Source of the DNA: the human T2T-CHM13v2.0 reference genome, Homo sapiens
Strand: one strand, 5' to 3'
Length of the DNA stretch: 64,000 nucleotides
Assembly (NCBI RefSeq): GCF_009914755.1
Contig: NC_060927.1
In this document: positions 58,900 to 64,000 of the stretch, one piece after another
How the letters are laid out: the number at the start of each line of letters is the position of its first letter
Numbering within the stretch: position 1 is the stretch's first letter
Position numbers and translations under genes: made by a program
The notes under the pieces: generated by a model
Seen by the model: only the letters and a program-made list of their open reading frames with translations
Told to the model about the DNA's origin: nothing
Databases searched by the model: none

Positions 58900-59374
58900 T
58901 ATTTTGGTGACTCTACCAATAGAACCCTGCCCATATCCTCTCCACATTCACTGTACTCTTCTTCTCCAGTAGGTTCTGGTTGTAAACACTTGCAAGTGTC
59001 TTTCTTGTCAACAATCTCTGGACCTGAGTCCTGACTTTACGAATGGGGCAGTTTTAGCTGAAATGCCAGGAAATTAATGCCTCAGCAAACATCCCCAACA
59101 ATAACTGATGGGAGTAAATTATAAATATGTAGCTCTTTTGCTCTAGGTTAGGACAATTCATATTTTTAAACCTCCCAGAAATCCTCAGCAAAAATGAATA
59201 AAAATTGCCCATAATTAGAACCTGTTCTGTTACCCAACTGTTATAGTCTTCTTTCCATTCTTTTTCTTACTCCTCCATTCAAATATCAGAATTTCCTGTG
59301 ATCACTTCCCAAATAAACTGCTTGTATTCACATCTTTTTCTCAAATTTGCTTCAGGGAGAACCCAAGTTAAGAT
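58900..59374 (+). mobile_element. ERVL LTR16-like solo LTR
   Basis: 3' end 'gatcacttcccaaataaactgcttgtattc...ttgcttcagggagaacccaagttaagata'. Confidence 0.7.
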
Positions 59375-59495
59375 ATTATTTATTGTGTGGTCTTTGCTCA
59401 AATGTCAGGTGATTGTTGGTAGATAATTCATATTAAAATTAATCATACAAAAATTAACAGAAATTTATATGTGTATGAAGACTTACATGAAGAAG

Positions 59496-59708
59496 AAGTG
59501 GTCAATTGGGGATGATTTTGTCTCTGCCTCCCAGGGACACTTGGCAATATTTGGCAACAATTTGTATTGTTACCACAAGATGAAGAGCTACTGACATTTA
59601 CTGAGTAGAAGTGAGGGATGCTGCCAAACATCTTATATTGCATAAGTTTGCCCCCCTACACAAAACAAAGACATCCTGTTCAAAAATCAATACTGTTGAG
59701 AATCCCTG
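59496..59708 (+). mobile_element. MER20 (hAT-Charlie MITE)
   Basis: 'ggggatgattttg...ccagggacacttggcaatatttgg', 'gggatgctgccaaacatctta', 'gttgagaatccctg'. Confidence 0.85.
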
Positions 59709-59785
59709 ATTTCAAGTAATATGGCTGGGAGTCAGTAGCATTACTGTGGTGTTTATAATTGTACAGCTTTAAAATTATTGTATTA

Positions 59786-61541
59786 CTAGGAATGCAGCTA
59801 ACAAGGGAAATAAAGGACCTCATCAAGGAAAACTGCAAACCACTGCTCAGTGAAATCAGAGAAGACACAACAAATGGAAAAACATTCCATTCTCATGGAT
59901 AGGAAGAATCAATATTGTAAAAATGGTCATACTGCCCAAAGTAATATATGGATTCAATGCTATTCCCATTTAAACTGTTTTTGGACATTCTTCACAGAAT
60001 TAGAAAAAAAAACTATCTTAAAATTCATATGGAACCCAAAAAGAGTCCAAACAGCCAAGACAATCTTAAGCAAAAAGAACAAAGCTGGAGGCATCACCCT
60101 ACACGACTTCAAAATATACTATAAGGCTACAGTAACGGAAACAGCATGGTCCTGGTACAAGAACAGACACATGAATCAGGGGAACAGAATAGAGAACTCA
60201 GAAATAAGACCGCACACCTACAACTGTCTGATCTTCAACAAACCTGACAAAAACAAGAAATAGGGAAAGGACTCCCTGTTTAATTAATGGTGCTGGTAGA
60301 ACAGACTAGCCATATGCAGAAAATTGAAAATGGACTCTTTCCTTACATCATATAACAAAATTAACTCAAGATGGCTCAAAGGCTTAAATGAAAAATCAAA
60401 ACTTATATAAACCCTATAAGAAAATATAGGCAATACCATTTAGGATATAGGACCAGGCAAATATTTCTGCACAAAAATGCCAAAAGCAATTGCAACAAAA
60501 GCAAAACTTTACAAATGAGATCTAATTAAACTAAAGAGCTTCTGCACAGCAAAAGAAACTGTCATCAGAATGAACAGACAACATACAGAAGGGAAGAAAA
60601 GTTTTGCAATCTATCCATCTGACAAAGGTCTAATATCCAGCAACCATTTATAACTTAAACAAATTCACAAGAAAAAAAACAGACAACCCTGTTAAACAGT
60701 GGGCAAAGGACATAAACAGACTCTCTTGAAAGAAGAAATACATGTGGCCAACAAACATGAAAAATGTTCAACATTATTGATCATTAGAGAAATGCAAATC
60801 AAAACCACAATGAGATACCATCTCACACCAGTCCAAATGGCTATTAAAACATCAAGAAACAACAGATGCTGGCAAGGTTGTGGAGAAAAAAAGAACACCT
60901 TTACACAGTTTTTGGAAGTGTAAATTAAGTCAATCATTGTGGAAGACAGTGTGTCAATTCCTCAAGGACATGGAGGCAGAAATATCGTTTGAACCAGCAA
61001 TCCCATTACTAGGTATGTACCCGAAGGAATATAAATCATTCTGTTATGAGGATACATGCATATGTATGTTCATTGCAGCACTATTCACAACAGCAAAGAC
61101 ATGGAATCAACCTAAGTGCTCATCAATGATAGACTGGATAAAGGAAATATGGTACCATGGAATACTATGCAGCCATAAAAAGTAAGGAGATTACATCCTT
61201 CGAAGGGACATGGATGGAGCTGGAAGCCATTAACTTCAGCAAACTAACACAAGAACAGAAAACCAAACACCACATGTTCTCACCTATAAGTGGGAGCTGA
61301 ATGATGAAACACACGGACACATGGTGAGGAACAACACATACTGGGGCCTGTCATTTCAGGGATTGGGGGAGAGAGAGCATCAGGAAGAATCGCCAATGAA
61401 TTTTGGGTTTAATACCTAGGTGATGGGATGATCTGTGCAGCAAACCACCATGGTGCACGTTTACCTATGTAACAAACCTGATGGCACACGTACCCCTGAA
61501 CTTAAAATAAAAGATGAAGGAATAAAATAAATAAATAAAAT
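59786..61541 (+). mobile_element. 5'-truncated L1PA13-like element
   Basis: ORF2 pieces 59850-60263, 60699-60923, 60880-61185; 3' UTR 'ttaatacctaggtgatgggatgatctgtgcagcaaaccaccatgg'; TSD aaaattattgtatta / aaaattattgtgtta. Confidence 0.92.
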
Positions 61542-61559
61542 AAAATTATTGTGTTAGAG

Positions 61560-64000
61560 AAGAAGAAAGGTCTATAATCAAATACCTGAATCTCTTCTTA
61601 AGAAGAGATTTTGTTAAATAATTAAGACAAAAGTATATTTGAAATTCATAGAACAAAGAAAATAATTAAAAAATTAAAATGATTGAAACAGAAACAGACA
61701 TATAATAGCTGACATTAAAGCCAAAATTTATTTTTTAAGAAGTATCAACAAAATCGATAACTATCTATACTGATTAAGAGAAAAAGAGAGACACCACAAG
61801 TTAGCAATATCAAGAATAAAATCTGGAAAATGGCTACATATCCTTTTGATATTAGAAAGATAAGAAGTGAATATTATTTAAAAAACTGGATTCACCCAAG
61901 GGGTGTGACTACTTAAATCAAATAGAAAATATTCTTACAGATGTAACTTATAAAAACTGACACATGATGAAATATAAAATCTGAGTATCCCAGTCTATTC
62001 AAGAAATTGAATTTGCTATAAAGCATAGTCACATAAAGAAAACTTCATGCCCACATGATTTCACTGGTGAATTCTAACAAACATGATGTGAATATTGCGT
62101 TAGTCTGTTCTCATGCTGCTAATAAAACATATGTGAGACTGGATAATTTATAAAGAAAAAAAGTTTTAATGGACTCACAGTTCCACGTGGCTGGAGAGGC
62201 CTCACAGTCATGACTGAAGGTGAATGAGGAGTCATGTCTTACATGGCGTCAGGCAAGAGAGCTTGTGCAGGGGAATTCCCATATATAAAACCATCAGATC
62301 TTGTGAGAGTTATTCACTACCATGAGAACAGTATGAGGGAATTCACACCCATGATTCAATTTTCTCCACTTGGCCCCACCCTTGGCATGTGGGATTATTA
62401 CAATTCAAGGTGATATTTGGGTGGGGACACCTCCAAACCATATCAAATATATATCAATAGTAGTACAGAGATTCTTCTGAGGATGTTAAAGGAACACCTC
62501 CAAATGCATTATATGAGACTGACATAACTTGAAACCAAAATCTAACAGATATTAAAATAAAAGAAAATTTCAGATCAATATCCCTTATGAATGTAGATGA
62601 AAAAATACTTACCACATGTTAGCCAATATATCCAATAAAAAATTGAAAAGACAATAAACTATTAAGACAAAATTGGTTTAAAATTGGAAAATCTGCTCTC
62701 ATAAGGCACACTATTAACAGAATTAAAAGAAAAAAAGCTTAAGGCCATTTTAATAAATCTAGAAAAAGAATTTGTTAAGATGCAATCCATACCTACAATA
62801 ACTCAGCCAGTTGCAAATATATAAAAGCTTCCTTCAACTAATAAAGGTATGCATGAAAAATGTATAGCCAACATCATAATTAATAGATACCTCATAAAGG
62901 AAACATAAAAGTTGTCAATAAACATTAGAAAAATGTTCAACATTATTTGTTATGAGGAAAATAAAAAATAAACCCACAATGAGAGCTCAGATCCATCAGA
63001 AAGACAGAAAAGAAAAACAGACTAACATCACCAAATATTGTCAAGGGTGTGCAGCAATTGGGACTCTCACATCATTGGTGAGATTATAAAGTAGTAAACC
63101 ATGTTTGGCAAATGTGTGGCAGTTTCTTGTAAAACTTGAAAACTAACTAAAGCAAAACAAATAAACAAAATTTTTTATTCTACATCACAGTCATTCCACC
63201 TGTAGGTATTTAAACAATAGAATTTGAAATATCTACCCTCAAAAAAATTTTTACAAGACTGTTCCTAACAACTTTACTCAATATATAAACAAACCTGGAG
63301 ACACTTCAGGTGGCCATCAATAGAAAAATGGCTAAACAACTGTGAAATATTCTTACGTTGGAATACTATCAGGAATAGAAAAGAACTATTGACATATGCA
63401 ACAAACAAGATCAATTTGAAAAGCTGTTGGGATAAGTGCTCTATTAATAAACTAAAACTATGAGATGCTGGCATATGAATAGGCAAGTAGATCACTGGAA
63501 TAGAATAAACATCCAGAAGTAGACCCAAGTATATACAGAAATTTATCATATAGTGCATGATAAAGGTGGCACTTCAAATTACCAAGGCAACAAAGGACAT
63601 TTTAATAAATGGTTCAGGGACAATTGGTTAACCATTTGGAAAAAGATAAAATTAGATCCATACTTCACTATCATACTCAAGAACTTAACTCCAAATGGAT
63701 TATAGATCTAAATGTAGAAAAAATTGTAGCCATACAAGTTGTGGAAGAAAACACCTGTGAATTCCTTTTTAATCTCAGTGTAAAAAAAAAAAAGACTTTC
63801 TAGTTAAATTTCAAAAATCATATAAATAAAATATCAGTAACTTTACCTAAAAAATGACGGCAAATTTTATGGCTAAAAAACACCATATACTCAAAAGACC
63901 ACTGCAACACTTGAGATGAATATTTGCAATATATACTACAAACGAAGGGCTAATGCTCCTAATAATATAAAGAACTTTTAAAAATTAGTGACACTAAGAA
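61560..64000 (+). mobile_element. Ancient L1M ORF2/3' fragments (several pieces, interrupted by THE1)
   Basis: 'catgatttcactggtgaattctaacaaacat', 'atatcccttatgaatgtagatgaaaaaatactt', 'ttttaataaatggttcagggacaattgg'. Confidence 0.7.
62096..62445 (-). mobile_element. THE1C-like MaLR solo LTR
   Basis: tgcgttagtctgttctcatgctgct...ccaaaccatatca; perfect 5-bp TSD aatat/aatat. Confidence 0.94.

Overview
This is AT-rich primate (human-like) genomic DNA dominated by transposable elements: L1 of many ages, Alu, L2/MIR, MaLR/ERV solo LTRs, and Tigger/hAT DNA transposons. I find no supportable protein-coding gene, RNA gene or CRISPR array. Every ORF I recognise is a decayed L1 ORF1/ORF2 or Tigger4 transposase fragment, or an Alu/microsatellite artefact. 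Main elements: a full-length Tigger4 (3709-6177) splitting a MIR; a TSD-flanked L1MA (18100-25086) with an internal deletion-inversion-duplication; a ~14 kb nest (old L1M, L1MC3, full-length L1PA6, AluY); and a twin-primed L1PA7 (52382-53972). I cannot support a new biological system. The most interesting signal is a set of fossil DNA-repair or template-switch scars: two locally templated insertions copied from 1-2.4 kb away, several fold-back micro-inversions, and elements hollowed out between intact ends. Repeat subfamily names come from my recall of consensus sequences, not from a search. Boundaries without a target-site duplication (TSD) are approximate.
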